Source: a virus (lineage: Duplodnaviria; Caudoviricetes). Taken from it: a DNA stretch of 37,279 nucleotides. Where the stretch lies: IMG/VR virus record IMGVR_UViG_3300037781_000210, positions 1-37,279 of that record. One strand, given 5' to 3'. Positions within the stretch are counted from its first letter, which is position 1. The number at the start of each line of letters is the position of its first letter. Below, in pieces: positions 18,814 through 28,109 of this stretch. The translations under genes and the position numbers were made by a program. The notes below the pieces were generated by a model that saw nothing but the letters and a program-made list of their open reading frames with translations, searched no databases and had not been told where the DNA came from.

Positions 18814-18921
18814 GTCAGTTTCTCCTTTTCGCATGGATCGCGGCAGAACGCCGCCTGTCCCCGCCGCCGCGCGGCGCAGGGTTACGCGAACGGTGACCCG
18901 TTCGAATTCGTCGTATCGCTG

Positions 18922-19836
18922 TCAGGTGCCCGATTGCGCCTGTGCCGCGCGGGCACGCGCCATGGCACCGGCCCCCGACCGGGCCGGTGCCCGCGCATAG
19001 AGCGCGGTAATGCGTGCCATCGCGGTGGCCCGGTCCTCGATCACGTCGATAAGGCCGCGCCGCTGTGCATCCTGCCCCCAGAACACGGCCCCGCCGTCGC
19101 GCACGTCATCGGTCATCGACAGCTGCGCGGTGATCGCGTCCCGGTCGATACCGCGCCCCTCGGCCACGTCATCGAGGAACTGCGCCTCCAGCGCGTCGAT
19201 ATCCTGCTGAACAAGCTGCTGCCCAGCCTCGGTGGTCACGTCCGGAACCTTTGCGCGAGCGTGGCTCGACAGTATCTGGAACACCTGGAACCCGGACATA
19301 CCCATGCCCACGGGCTGCATCGCGGTGTAGATCACGCCGATACTGCCGACCCAACCGCCTGCCCCCAAGCTGATCTCGGTTGCCTGGCTGGCGATATGAT
19401 ACCCCGCCGAGGCGCAGAGAGGATCGACGATGGCGTGCACCGGCTTCTCCGAATTGGCCCGCGCCACCGCCTCGACCGCGCCTTTCAGGCCCAGAACGCT
19501 GCCCCCCGGCGTGTCGCAGGCCAGCACGATTGCGCGGACATCCTCGTTGCTGGCCAGTTCGTCCATGGTCTCGGTCAGGCCACGATAGGTGGTCCAGCCC
19601 AGGAACCGCTCAAGGATCATGGAATTGGGCGTCAGCAGCCCGCGCACAGGCACCAGCGCGACACCACCCTGGACGGCGAACCGCTGCCCCGATTCGACGG
19701 TCAGCGCCGAAACCTCGCCCGCCTGCAGGCCCTGCACCGCATCGGGCATCGGCATGCGCAGCAGCGGCTCGGCATAGTGCTGCAGCGCCGAGATCGGCCC
19801 GCCCCCTACAAATTGCGCCGCGATCACATCGGTCAT
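18922..19836 (-). CDS. Prohead protease, S49 (ClpP/SppA-like)
   Basis: DTPGGSV, CASAGYHIASQA, VGSIGV, GLIDVI. Confidence 0.9.
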   Translation of the reverse strand: MTDVIAAQFVGGGPISALQHYAEPLLRMPMPDAVQGLQAGEVSALTVESGQRFAVQGGVALVPVRGLLTPNSMILERFLGWTTYRGLTETMDELASNEDVRAIVLACDTPGGSVLGLKGAVEAVARANSEKPVHAIVDPLCASAGYHIASQATEISLGAGGWVGSIGVIYTAMQPVGMGMSGFQVFQILSSHARAKVPDVTTEAGQQLVQQDIDALEAQFLDDVAEGRGIDRDAITAQLSMTDDVRDGGAVFWGQDAQRRGLIDVIEDRATAMARITALYARAPARSGAGAMARARAAQAQSGT

Positions 19837-21134
19837 TAGTCGTCCCCTTCGCTGTCCTCGTCCGCGCTGTCATCACGCGTCATGTTCGCCGCCGGATTGA
19901 GCCGGTTGCCATCCTCGACCGGTGGAAGGCCCAGGTCGCGGCGTCCCTCGTTCGGCGTCTTGAACGGACCGCCCACCGCCTTCGCGGTCGCGTCGTACTG
20001 ATCCTTGATCGTCGGGCGCAGCAACGTGCCGAAGTCGTGGCGCAGGAACAGCCCCGCGCGCCGCTCCGCCTCGGTCAGGAAGGCCAGCGTCATCTGCGCC
20101 TCGACAAGGCAGGACCAGTGCAGCAGGCAGTCGGTCAGATAGTCGATCGCCTGCTGTTCGCCGTTCGCCTTCACGCCGTTCTCGAGGATCTGCAGCTTGG
20201 ACATGTTCATGCGGTAGATGCTGGCGATCTGCTCGCGGTCGAACTTGCGCGCCGCCAGCAGCTCCATATCCGCCGCCGTCATGTCCAGCGTCTTGATGTC
20301 CTCGTCCGGCCCCAGGACCGGGAACCCGTCCGCGTCGGGCCGCGTGATCTGGTCCTTGACCCGGCGGGCGTTACGCTCGCGCGCCTCGTCGTTCTCGTAA
20401 TCGTCCGACAGCTTGATCACCGCCTTGGCCGATCCGCCGCTGGCGGTGCGCGCTGCGGCCTCCTGCCCGGCCATGGCGATCCCCATGCTCTCGGCGGCAA
20501 CGGCCAGTGGCGACCGGCCCGACCAGCCATCGAGCGGCGAGAACCGCAGATGTGCCATCGAGCGCGACGGCACCCGGCGGACCACGTTGGCCTGGTCCTC
20601 GAAATCGTAGAACCGCGCCCGCCCCGCCGACAGGATCACCGGGGCGCGCCCATCCTTCGGCAGCTCGATCAGCTCGACTTCACCCGCCCCGTCGCGCGGC
20701 ACATAGGCATATCCGTTGCCGCGCAGCGCATAGGCATAGACCATCATGTAGCGCACCAGCTTGGCCGGAACGCCCGGCGCGGCCTCGACGTTCAGCAGGT
20801 AGGGCAGCGCATGCTGCTCTACGCGATTGTCGATTCCACCGGCACGGCGCTGGCAGAGCTTGAGCGGGACCTTGGCGAGGTCACCCGCGATGTTGTTGCA
20901 GCACGCGGTCACCGTGGCGTGCAGCTCGGCGCGGTCTGCCGTGACACGGGGCAACCGCACCCGCGACGGCACCGGCCCGCCCCATCCGATGTCCTGCAGC
21001 CACGCCTTGGGGTCCTTCGACCCGCTCGGCTCGACCGCCGCCTGCGCTGTCACCGGCGGCTCGACGCGCCGCGGCTGAGCATATGCCGGGCGATCCTGAC
21101 CGGCGCGCTTGATCTCGAAGCCCAGCATCCTCAT
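19836..21134 (-). CDS. Portal protein (HK97 family)
   Basis: ACCNNIAGDLAKVPLKL, LRGNGYA, GRSPL, TPNEGR. Confidence 0.93.
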   Translation of the reverse strand: MRMLGFEIKRAGQDRPAYAQPRRVEPPVTAQAAVEPSGSKDPKAWLQDIGWGGPVPSRVRLPRVTADRAELHATVTACCNNIAGDLAKVPLKLCQRRAGGIDNRVEQHALPYLLNVEAAPGVPAKLVRYMMVYAYALRGNGYAYVPRDGAGEVELIELPKDGRAPVILSAGRARFYDFEDQANVVRRVPSRSMAHLRFSPLDGWSGRSPLAVAAESMGIAMAGQEAAARTASGGSAKAVIKLSDDYENDEARERNARRVKDQITRPDADGFPVLGPDEDIKTLDMTAADMELLAARKFDREQIASIYRMNMSKLQILENGVKANGEQQAIDYLTDCLLHWSCLVEAQMTLAFLTEAERRAGLFLRHDFGTLLRPTIKDQYDATAKAVGGPFKTPNEGRRDLGLPPVEDGNRLNPAANMTRDDSADEDSEGDD

Positions 21135-22798
21135 ACGATCAGGATATCCCTTGCCTTGCGTTTCTCTTTTCCGACCTCGGCGCGCCCCACCGCCATGATC
21201 CCCGCGACCGCAACATCGATCCGCCCCATCGCCTTTTTCTTGTTCGGCTTGACGTTCTCAGCCGCGTCCATGTCCAGCGCCACGTTGCCCACCTGCCACG
21301 CCAGCACCGGGTTGCCGCCATGCCGGATGCGCCCGGTCATGACCGCCTGCTCGAACCGCTTGGTGGGCGCGCTCATGCCCGCGTATCCCTGCCCGTGCTC
21401 GAACAGCGGGAACCGCATCTTGTCCAGCTCGCCCGCCACGTATTTCATGCCCCAGCGGTCATAGACGACTTCCTGAACATCGAACGTTTCCCGGATCCAT
21501 TTCAGTCGCTCGATCACCTGGTCCTCGTCGATCTGACCGCCCCGGTGCACCTCAAGCCAGCCCTCGTCGCGCCACTGGACGAACTCGCGCTTCTCGGTCT
21601 GCGCCCGCGCGATGAACCCCTTGGGTCCTTCGGGCAGGAACGTGTAGGCCAACAGGTAGATCGCCCCATCGACCGGCACTGCCACCACGATGGCGGTCGT
21701 GTCCGTCGTGCGCGACAGATCCACCCCGACCCATGCCTTGCGACCGTGCAGCATCGCCGGATCGAAGGGCGCGGATGCCAGCCCCTGGTCCCAGACATCG
21801 CGGGCGATCCAGCTCTGATTGCCTTCGGTCCACAGGTTCAGATGCAGCCTGCGAAAGTTCGGCATGCGCCCCGCGATAGCCTGAGCCTGTTCGAGGATGG
21901 CGCGAAAATCCTCCTGCTGGAACGCGACCCCGAGGTTCGGATTCGCCATCTTCCACGCCACCGGATCGGCGGGGTCGCAATCCTCGGGCGGCTCGGCCAC
22001 ATAGGCAAAGAACCGGTCATCCGTCACATCGCCGCGAAGAACCCGCTCGGCATAGTCGCGCAGCTCGCCGCAGATCGTGGCTCGATCCGCGCCCGCCGTG
22101 GTGATCGCCCAGTCGATCGGCTGCGCCCGTGCCAGCATCGAATTGGTCAGCACCTCCGCCAGCTCGCGGTCGGTCCAGCGGTGAACCTCGTCGCGCGCCG
22201 CGAAATGCGGGTTGATGCCGTCGGCGCTGTTCCCGTCCCGGCTCAGCGCCGTGATCATGCCGTTGGTCTTCGGGCACAGGATCGAGGACTGAAACACCTT
22301 CATCAGCTGCGACAGCTCGGGCGAGGCCTGCACCATACGCTTGAGTTACCGGAACAAGAGCCCCGCCTGGTCGCGCGTTGTGGCGGCACAGAACCCTTGC
22401 GGCGCTGCCTCCCCGTCGAACAGCTGCGAGTAGAGCATCGGCACCGCCGTGTCCGTGGTCTTGCCGTTCTTCTTGGCCACCTGGTGATAGGTGCTCTTGA
22501 ACCGGCGACGACCCGTCTCGGCATGCTTCCACCCGAAGATCGAGCCGTGCCGGAACGCCTGCCACGGCTCCAGCTCCAGGGGCTTGCCCGCCATTTCTCC
22601 CGTCGTGTGCTGGATCAGCTTCGCGAAATTCGTGATCCGGCTTGCCGCCTTGCAATCGAAGACGAGGCCGCGATCGGTACCCGTCTCCAGGTCCATCAGG
22701 TGCCGCTCACAGGCGAGGCGCACCAGCGTGCCCGCAATTTCCCGGCCTTCCACCACGTCGATGGCATAGCGGCTGACCGGGTGATCAAGCGGGTCCAT
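21131..22798 (-). pseudogene. terL: Terminase large subunit interrupted by an in-frame TAA at 22346-22348
   Basis: Walker A (KKNGKT) in the 5' part; Walker B (AARDE) and nuclease motifs (GVDLS, RID) in the 3' part; same frame across LLFR*LKRMVQ. Confidence 0.85.
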
Positions 22799-23225
22799 CG
22801 TTCAACTTCGACAGGATGGCGTCGAACAGATCGCCCTGCCCCGCCCCCGAAAGGCGCTGATCATCGACCGGCGACATGCCGAACAGCGCACCGAGCTGAC
22901 GCATCGTGGCCAGCGCATCCTGCCGCGCCTGCCAATCCGCCGTCTTCTTCTGCTGCCAGCCGTTGCGGGTCTTGACCTGGTAGGTCCGGCCCATCAGCAC
23001 GATGTTGCTGGTCAGCTCGATCACGTCGGCGACAGCCTCGCAATAGGCCTGGAACATGTCGGCGTGCCGGGGCTCCAGCCGCTCGAGGCGCACCAGGTCC
23101 GGGGCCAGCCGATCCCATACCGCCTTGCCGCCTTCCGACATCAGCTCCGGCGCGGCAGGCACCGGCTTCTGAACATCGCCCTTCATCGGGATGACATTGC
23201 TGGGCGTTGGCTTGCGACCCTTCAC
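22785..23225 (-). CDS. terS: Terminase small subunit (P27 family)
   Basis: MKGRKP, W.RL, YCEA, FGMSP motifs; GTG start with GGAGG upstream. Confidence 0.88.
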   Translation of the reverse strand: MKGRKPTPSNVIPMKGDVQKPVPAAPELMSEGGKAVWDRLAPDLVRLERLEPRHADMFQAYCEAVADVIELTSNIVLMGRTYQVKTRNGWQQKKTADWQARQDALATMRQLGALFGMSPVDDQRLSGAGQGDLFDAILSKLNDGPA

Positions 23226-23350
23226 CGTGTTTCTCTCACCTCCATCACACCCAGAAGCGGGCTTTTTTCCTCAATTCCCCCCACACAAAAAGTTAGGTAT
23301 GCGCGTCGGTTTTCAGTGGGGTTGAGGGATTTTCAGACACCCCCCCCTTT
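23226..23350. other. Probable cos packaging region
   Basis: Lies between HNH and terS as in HK97-like phages; G-run and AT-rich tracts; exact cut site not determinable. Confidence 0.45.
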
Positions 23351-23728
23351 CCCGTGGAAAACTTCCCGCGCCGTCTTCCGGCTATGACAGCGATGGCACA
23401 GCGGCTGCCAGTTCGACCGATCCCAGAACAGCTGCGCATCACCGCGATGCGGGACAATGTGATCCACCTCGGTCGCCGCCTCGACCGCACCCAGCTCACC
23501 GCAATCGGCGCAGAGCGGATGCCGGTCGAGATACCGCCGGGCCGCGCGCCGCCAACGCGGATCAGCATAGAGCGCGCTGAACGCCAGCGCGTGATCGCTG
23601 CGCTTTGCCTCTGCCTTTCGGGCGGCCAGACGGTCGGCGACACGCGCGGCGTGATCCTCGCAATGGGGTCCGCCCGGCGTTGCGACCTCCTCGCATCCGG
23701 GCGCGCTGCAGATCTTGCGCGGGGGCAT
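23333..23728 (-). CDS. Terminase-associated HNH endonuclease (HK97 gp74-like)
   Basis: HPLCADC...VDHIVPHRGD...NWQPLCHRCHSRKT. Confidence 0.9.
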   Translation of the reverse strand: MPPRKICSAPGCEEVATPGGPHCEDHAARVADRLAARKAEAKRSDHALAFSALYADPRWRRAARRYLDRHPLCADCGELGAVEAATEVDHIVPHRGDAQLFWDRSNWQPLCHRCHSRKTAREVFHGKGGGV

Positions 23729-23835
23729 GTGACTGATCCGATCCGTTGCGCCCGCCCGAGGCGACACCTGGGGAACACGCATGACCACCGGGCGGGCCGA
23801 TGCGGGGGCCGCTGCCTATTCACCCCCCGCAACGC

Positions 23836-23864
23836 AAAAGCGCCCGCCGGTTTCCCGTGGGCGC
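23836..23864 (-). terminator. tR'-like terminator downstream of the late promoter
   Basis: Minus strand GCGCCCACGGGAAACCGGCGGGCGC followed by TTTT. Confidence 0.7.
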
Positions 23865-23884
23865 AGTTATAGATGATGACACAA

Positions 23885-23914
23885 GGGATAGTGATTCGGT
23901 GTCCTATCTGTCAA
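23885..23914 (-). promoter_or_regulatory. Putative late promoter (pR'-like)
   Basis: Minus strand TTGACA-18 bp-TATCCC. Confidence 0.6.
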
Positions 23915-23930
23915 GCATAATGTGGCACGC

Positions 23931-24641
23931 TCAATAGTGAACCGTCCTGACGCGATGACGCGGCTGCGGCCCCATCATCCGCTCCAGCGCCTCGCACAGG
24001 GCCTCCCGTAGGATCGAGACGGACTTGCCTGTCTTCGTCCAGCCTGCCTCGGCCAGCACATCGGCGAGCGTCTTTTCCTCGATGCAAACGGCATCCACCA
24101 AACGCCGATCCGGGATCGCCACCCGAGAACCGCGCGCCGAGGGCCGCACCTTGCGCACTGCCATCGCGCAGCCAGAGCCGATCCGCGCCCGCAACACATC
24201 CAGCCGCTCACGATCCCGCAGCACCGCATCGATGTATTCACCCCCGCCGGACGGGCTGCGGTCGATGCTGGTCTCGAGCGAGGCACAGCGCACACCGGCA
24301 CTGACATGCGCCTCGTGCAGCGCGGCGTAATAGCGCCCGACCGCGACCTGACCTGGCGTGAACATGGCCCGCCGCGCCTTGGCCTGCATCACGTCGAAGG
24401 CATCGGCATGGCGCATCGTCTTACGCCCGCGCCAGCCAGCGGCAACAGGCTTCCAACCATCCGCGCCCTCGGGGCAGAGCATGACATCCTCGAACACCTG
24501 GAACGCGCCGCGCGCCGGGGCCTCGGCAATCTCGGGGCCGCACTCAGGCGGCACCACCCCACACGACCGCACGGCCTCGACCCGGTCTGCCTCGGCCTTG
24601 CGGTCCTCGTCACGCTGTTCGACAGGCTTGCGCGCGATCAT
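23931..24641 (-). CDS. Putative late-gene regulator (Q-position protein, C-terminal HTH-like)
   Basis: Last gene before the promoter/terminator; LVDAVCIEEKTLADVL...LREALCEAL. Confidence 0.6.
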   Translation of the reverse strand: MIARKPVEQRDEDRKAEADRVEAVRSCGVVPPECGPEIAEAPARGAFQVFEDVMLCPEGADGWKPVAAGWRGRKTMRHADAFDVMQAKARRAMFTPGQVAVGRYYAALHEAHVSAGVRCASLETSIDRSPSGGGEYIDAVLRDRERLDVLRARIGSGCAMAVRKVRPSARGSRVAIPDRRLVDAVCIEEKTLADVLAEAGWTKTGKSVSILREALCEALERMMGPQPRHRVRTVHY

Positions 24642-25216
24642 GCCTCACCGCCTTTCGCGCGCCGGATCGCCAGCACCCTCTCACGATCGGCGAGGTAGTG
24701 CTGCAGCCACACCTGATCGGAGGACCGCACCGCGCCGCGCTCACGATCGGCCCTGATCCGGGCAAGCCGCCGCTGATTGTCCTCGGCCTGCGAGCGGATC
24801 AGGTCATAGCAATAGGTCTCGGTGGGCGGGCGGCCATGCTTGCGCAGATACCAGAACAGCTCGACCAGGTAACCACCACCTTCGGCGGCATCGCCACTGG
24901 CCGATTGCAACATGGAGCGCACCAAGCGGCTGACCGTGGCGGGCGGCTCCTCGATCCGCCGCGCCCAGTTGCAGATCGACAACTCGGCAGGCCAGGCATT
25001 GCGCGACCGGCCCCGCGCATGCGACCCGACCACCTCGGCCAGCGCCTCAAGACTGCCCTCGGACATATAGGCCAGCCGGGCGACCAGCCGCTCGATCATG
25101 GCCTGCTCCTGCTCGACCGTCATCCGGCCATGTCGCGTCATGCCCGCATCCACGAGCGGGGTGATCAACACCCGCATCACGCGCGCCTTGCCCTCTCTCA
25201 GTGCCTCGCCTTCCAT
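24638..25216 (-). CDS. Hypothetical protein, replication module (possible helicase loader)
   Basis: Follows the initiator and origin; WPAELSI motif; function inferred from position. Confidence 0.55.
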   Translation of the reverse strand: MEGEALREGKARVMRVLITPLVDAGMTRHGRMTVEQEQAMIERLVARLAYMSEGSLEALAEVVGSHARGRSRNAWPAELSICNWARRIEEPPATVSRLVRSMLQSASGDAAEGGGYLVELFWYLRKHGRPPTETYCYDLIRSQAEDNQRRLARIRADRERGAVRSSDQVWLQHYLADRERVLAIRRAKGGEA

Positions 25217-25387
25217 CACGTTCCCCTTTCTCTGCACATGTCCGACAGCGCCGCTAGGCGGTCCGCCGGATCGTGAGGCGCTGCCCGCGCCGAAAGGGTC
25301 TGTGCTGCCTGTGCCTCTCGTCCTTTTTCTAAGCCTGTCCCCGGCCCGCAAATCGCGCAGGTGTCGGCGTTCGGGCGGTGAGCGGTA

Positions 25388-25484
25388 ATTTCTTTTTCAT
25401 TGTCTTTGTCATTCTCTTTATCGATGTAGACATTAGCTTTGTGTCCGTTAACGTCCGCTAGTGTCTCGTTGGACACTAACGGAC
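25388..25484. repeat. Putative replication origin: iteron-like repeats plus AT-rich tract
   Basis: GTGTCCGTTA 25441-50, GTCCGCTAGTGTC 25453-65, inverted GGACACTAACGGAC 25471-84; adjacent AT-rich 25388-25440. Confidence 0.55.
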
Positions 25485-25485
25485 C

Positions 25486-26139
25486 TTAGCCAGAAGACGT
25501 TGGGGGGAACCTGCCGCCGCGCTCGGCCTCGATGCAGGCCTGTATCGCCGCGTGCAGATCTTCACTGGTGCGCCGCTCGCCGCCACGGCGCTCGACCCGC
25601 TCCTCGATCTGCGCCGAGATGAACCGAACCTTGCGCGGATCGCTGGCGATCTTGGGCGAGAGCTGCGCCACATCCTCGGTCAGCCGCTTGAGCCGCTTGG
25701 CGAGGGATGCGGCCTGCACGCGCGCGGCATTATTGGCCCGCGACGCAAACGCGGCCTGCACGATGCGCGTCACCACCGGATGCATCAGGCGGCGACCGTC
25801 GCCGCAGCGGCAATCCGTCCAGCCATGCAGCGGCCCGAACGGCAGCGCACAGAGCGCCTCGAAATGATCGCGCTCGACCACGGGCTGGATCATCCGCGCA
25901 AGGCGCTTGGTGTCGCACGGCAGGGTGCCGACCGGCGTCTCGGAATGCGAGATATTGACCAGCTCGAACCACATCGACTTGCATTCATGTGTGCCGCTCC
26001 AGCGCATGTCGGAACTCAGCCAGCGGCGGAATTCCCACTGGATGAACCCGTGCGAATCGAGCCGCGCATCCGGGTCGATCGGGTATTCCGGCAACGCGTC
26101 GAGATCGACGGGGGCCTTGAGGGCGGTCAGCGCGGTCAT
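25486..26139 (-). CDS. Putative replication initiator (DUF1376-like N-terminus)
   Basis: F.QW...WL.SD...ETPVGTLPCD...LARM pattern; adjacent repeats. Confidence 0.6.
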   Translation of the reverse strand: MTALTALKAPVDLDALPEYPIDPDARLDSHGFIQWEFRRWLSSDMRWSGTHECKSMWFELVNISHSETPVGTLPCDTKRLARMIQPVVERDHFEALCALPFGPLHGWTDCRCGDGRRLMHPVVTRIVQAAFASRANNAARVQAASLAKRLKRLTEDVAQLSPKIASDPRKVRFISAQIEERVERRGGERRTSEDLHAAIQACIEAERGGRFPPTSSG

Positions 26140-26255
26140 GCCGTCTCCCGCTCACGCTCGGGCAGGGTCACTATCGCGACCGGGGCAGCAGGGAGGGGGA
26201 GAGCCGCCCCGGTCACTGGCCCCGACAGGGAGGAGTATTTGCCGGGGAATGTCAT
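26136..26255 (-). CDS. Small hypothetical protein (39 aa)
   Basis: ATGA overlaps at both ends; GAGG SD. Confidence 0.45.
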   Translation of the reverse strand: MTFPGKYSSLSGPVTGAALPLPAAPVAIVTLPERERETA

Positions 26256-26917
26256 GCCGCCACCTCGCTCGGATCGGGCCAGGGCGCATCGGCATCGGCC
26301 CCCGCCTTGATGTGATCCTCGATCAGCGCCTCGATGCCCCGCACGGCCCGCAGCCGGTGCCAGCGCTGCTGCACCTCGGCCACGCCACGATCCATATCCG
26401 TGGCAATCCCGGTGAAACACGCTCCTCCTGCCCGGTCGCGCAACAGCAGCAGATCGTCGGCAGGTGACCAGCGCGGATGCAGAACCGAGGCCAGCCCGCG
26501 CGGCATCGACCGACACGCAACCGGCTCCGCCGTCGCGGCATCTGACGGGGCGGCGACCGGGGACGGGGCACCGTCCGAAACCGCGACCGCCCGCTTGCGC
26601 GACCCGGCGGGAAAGCCGCGCCCCCTGTAGGCGAACTCCAGCCCCAGCCGCCGCGCCACCTTCGACACGCAACCCGAGTCGACACCCAATTCGCGCGCCG
26701 TCTCGGCCTGCGTCAGGCCCCGTGCCGCACAGGCCTTGATCCGCTCGTCATACGGCTTGGCCGCGCGACGGCCTCGCCCCTTGTGGACAAATGACAATCC
26801 AAGCGCCTTCTTGACAACCGAGACCGACCCGTTGCTCAGGCCCAGCTCGCGCGCCGTCTCGGCCTGTGTCAATCCACGCCGCGCACAGGCGGCTATGCGG
26901 GCCTGATGCTCGGTCAT
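26252..26917 (-). CDS. DNA-binding protein with two tandem HTH repeats and a Myb/SANT-like C-terminus
   Basis: RGLTQAETARELG twice; WSPADDLLL...IATDMDR...VQQRW. Confidence 0.75.
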   Translation of the reverse strand: MTEHQARIAACARRGLTQAETARELGLSNGSVSVVKKALGLSFVHKGRGRRAAKPYDERIKACAARGLTQAETARELGVDSGCVSKVARRLGLEFAYRGRGFPAGSRKRAVAVSDGAPSPVAAPSDAATAEPVACRSMPRGLASVLHPRWSPADDLLLLRDRAGGACFTGIATDMDRGVAEVQQRWHRLRAVRGIEALIEDHIKAGADADAPWPDPSEVAA

Positions 26918-27633
26918 CGCACCCGCTCCTCGATCCGGGCGATGCCGCTCTCGGGATAGTCCCCCCGCCGCGTCAGCTCGCGGCGCGTGCCGGGCGGCAC
27001 CCAGTGCAGCTCCGTCGCGCGCCCGAAATACGGCCCGAACCACACCAGCCAGGCATAGGACGCCGCCGTAGACGGCTTGCGCATGACCCAGTCCTCGGCA
27101 CTCTCCGACCATGTCGGCACCGCCACATCGGGGTTCGGCACACGGCCCTTGTGCATCACCACGCGCTCGCAGAATTGCAGGATATGCGTCGGCGGCTGGC
27201 CCCGGAACAAGCGCCGATAGCGCCCCGCGCCCTCGATGAAACTGGACCGCACCAGCATCGCCACCCCTATCCCCGACAGCGGCAAGGCCCGCGCGACGAA
27301 CTGCTCGGCCAGACGAAAGGGCGGGTTGGTGATGGTCCAGCCCGTCGTGTCCAGCGGGCCGGGAAAGAGATAATCCAGCACCTCGAACCCGGCTCCGTAA
27401 TCATGCACATCCGACGCCAGCACCATGTCGAACTCGCGCGCCAGCGCCCGCACCAGATGGCCCCGGTTGGCGGCAGGCTCGCGCACCGTGAAGAGCTGCA
27501 GATGCTGCAGCAGATGACCCCGCAGAAACCGGCACAGCGCGCGGCCCGCCCAGGGCGGCGTCGGGAAATCATCAAGACTGTCATGCGGCTCCGACCGCTG
27601 CGCCATCACCGCGCTGGATCTGTTCTGCGCCAT
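26914..27633 (-). CDS. Orphan DNA amino-methyltransferase (m6A or m4C)
   Basis: DDFPTPPW, EPAANRG (SAM binding), catalytic TNPPF, YAWLVW. Confidence 0.85.
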   Translation of the reverse strand: MAQNRSSAVMAQRSEPHDSLDDFPTPPWAGRALCRFLRGHLLQHLQLFTVREPAANRGHLVRALAREFDMVLASDVHDYGAGFEVLDYLFPGPLDTTGWTITNPPFRLAEQFVARALPLSGIGVAMLVRSSFIEGAGRYRRLFRGQPPTHILQFCERVVMHKGRVPNPDVAVPTWSESAEDWVMRKPSTAASYAWLVWFGPYFGRATELHWVPPGTRRELTRRGDYPESGIARIEERVR

Positions 27634-28109
27634 CACGCACCCCCTGCCATGCCGCCCGGAACCGACAGGCGCACGACACTGCCCCCGCGGCCCCGCAGGC
27701 CCATGCCCTCGATTAGCGCGGTCAGCGGCAACACCCGGTCGCAGTCAAAGAGGATGAACATCACCCGTCCATCCTCCAGCGCCCAGGCAAAGACGCGCCG
27801 CCCCGGCCCCTCGATCCGCGCCACCGGGCAGAGCCGTTGGAACTCACCCGCAAAGAACGCCGCCACCGCGCTGCGCCACACCGCCAATGCGGCCTCGCGC
27901 GACAGCCCGAACCGCTCGCTGCAGCGCCGCTCGAAATGCCGGTAGGCGCTGATCAACTCGGTCGCATTGGCCCTCGGGGCGGACTTGGAACCGCAGAAAG
28001 GTCCGGACTTGCGTGCGGACCGCGCGCCGGATTTAGGTCCGGACTTGCGTGCGGACTTTTGTCCGCCCCCGCCCGAGAAATCCGCCAAGGCCCCGAACCC
28101 GCGCGCCAT
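27633..28109 (-). CDS. Hypothetical protein with SARKSGP repeats
   Basis: Coupled at both ends; HFERRCSERFG motif. Confidence 0.6.
   Translation of the reverse strand: MARGFGALADFSGGGGQKSARKSGPKSGARSARKSGPFCGSKSAPRANATELISAYRHFERRCSERFGLSREAALAVWRSAVAAFFAGEFQRLCPVARIEGPGRRVFAWALEDGRVMFILFDCDRVLPLTALIEGMGLRGRGGSVVRLSVPGGMAGGA
27999..28056. repeat. 22-bp perfect direct repeat AGGTCCGGACTTGCGTGCGGAC (2 copies)
   Basis: Copies at 27999-28020 and 28035-28056. Confidence 0.9.

Noticed and set aside
6201-23225. Gene transfer agent cluster
   Set aside because: Some tail genes resemble RcGTA families, but int, xis, repressor/operators, the replication module and HNH-terS indicate a genuine prophage
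22346-25488. TAA reassignment or readthrough explaining the in-frame stops in terL and the initiator
   Set aside because: TAA is the ordinary stop of several genes here (portal, cII-like, head closure, PAPS-reductase-like) and no suppressor tRNA is present in the window
27999-28056. Mini-CRISPR array
   Set aside because: Only two repeats with a 14-bp spacer, in frame within a CDS, and no cas genes
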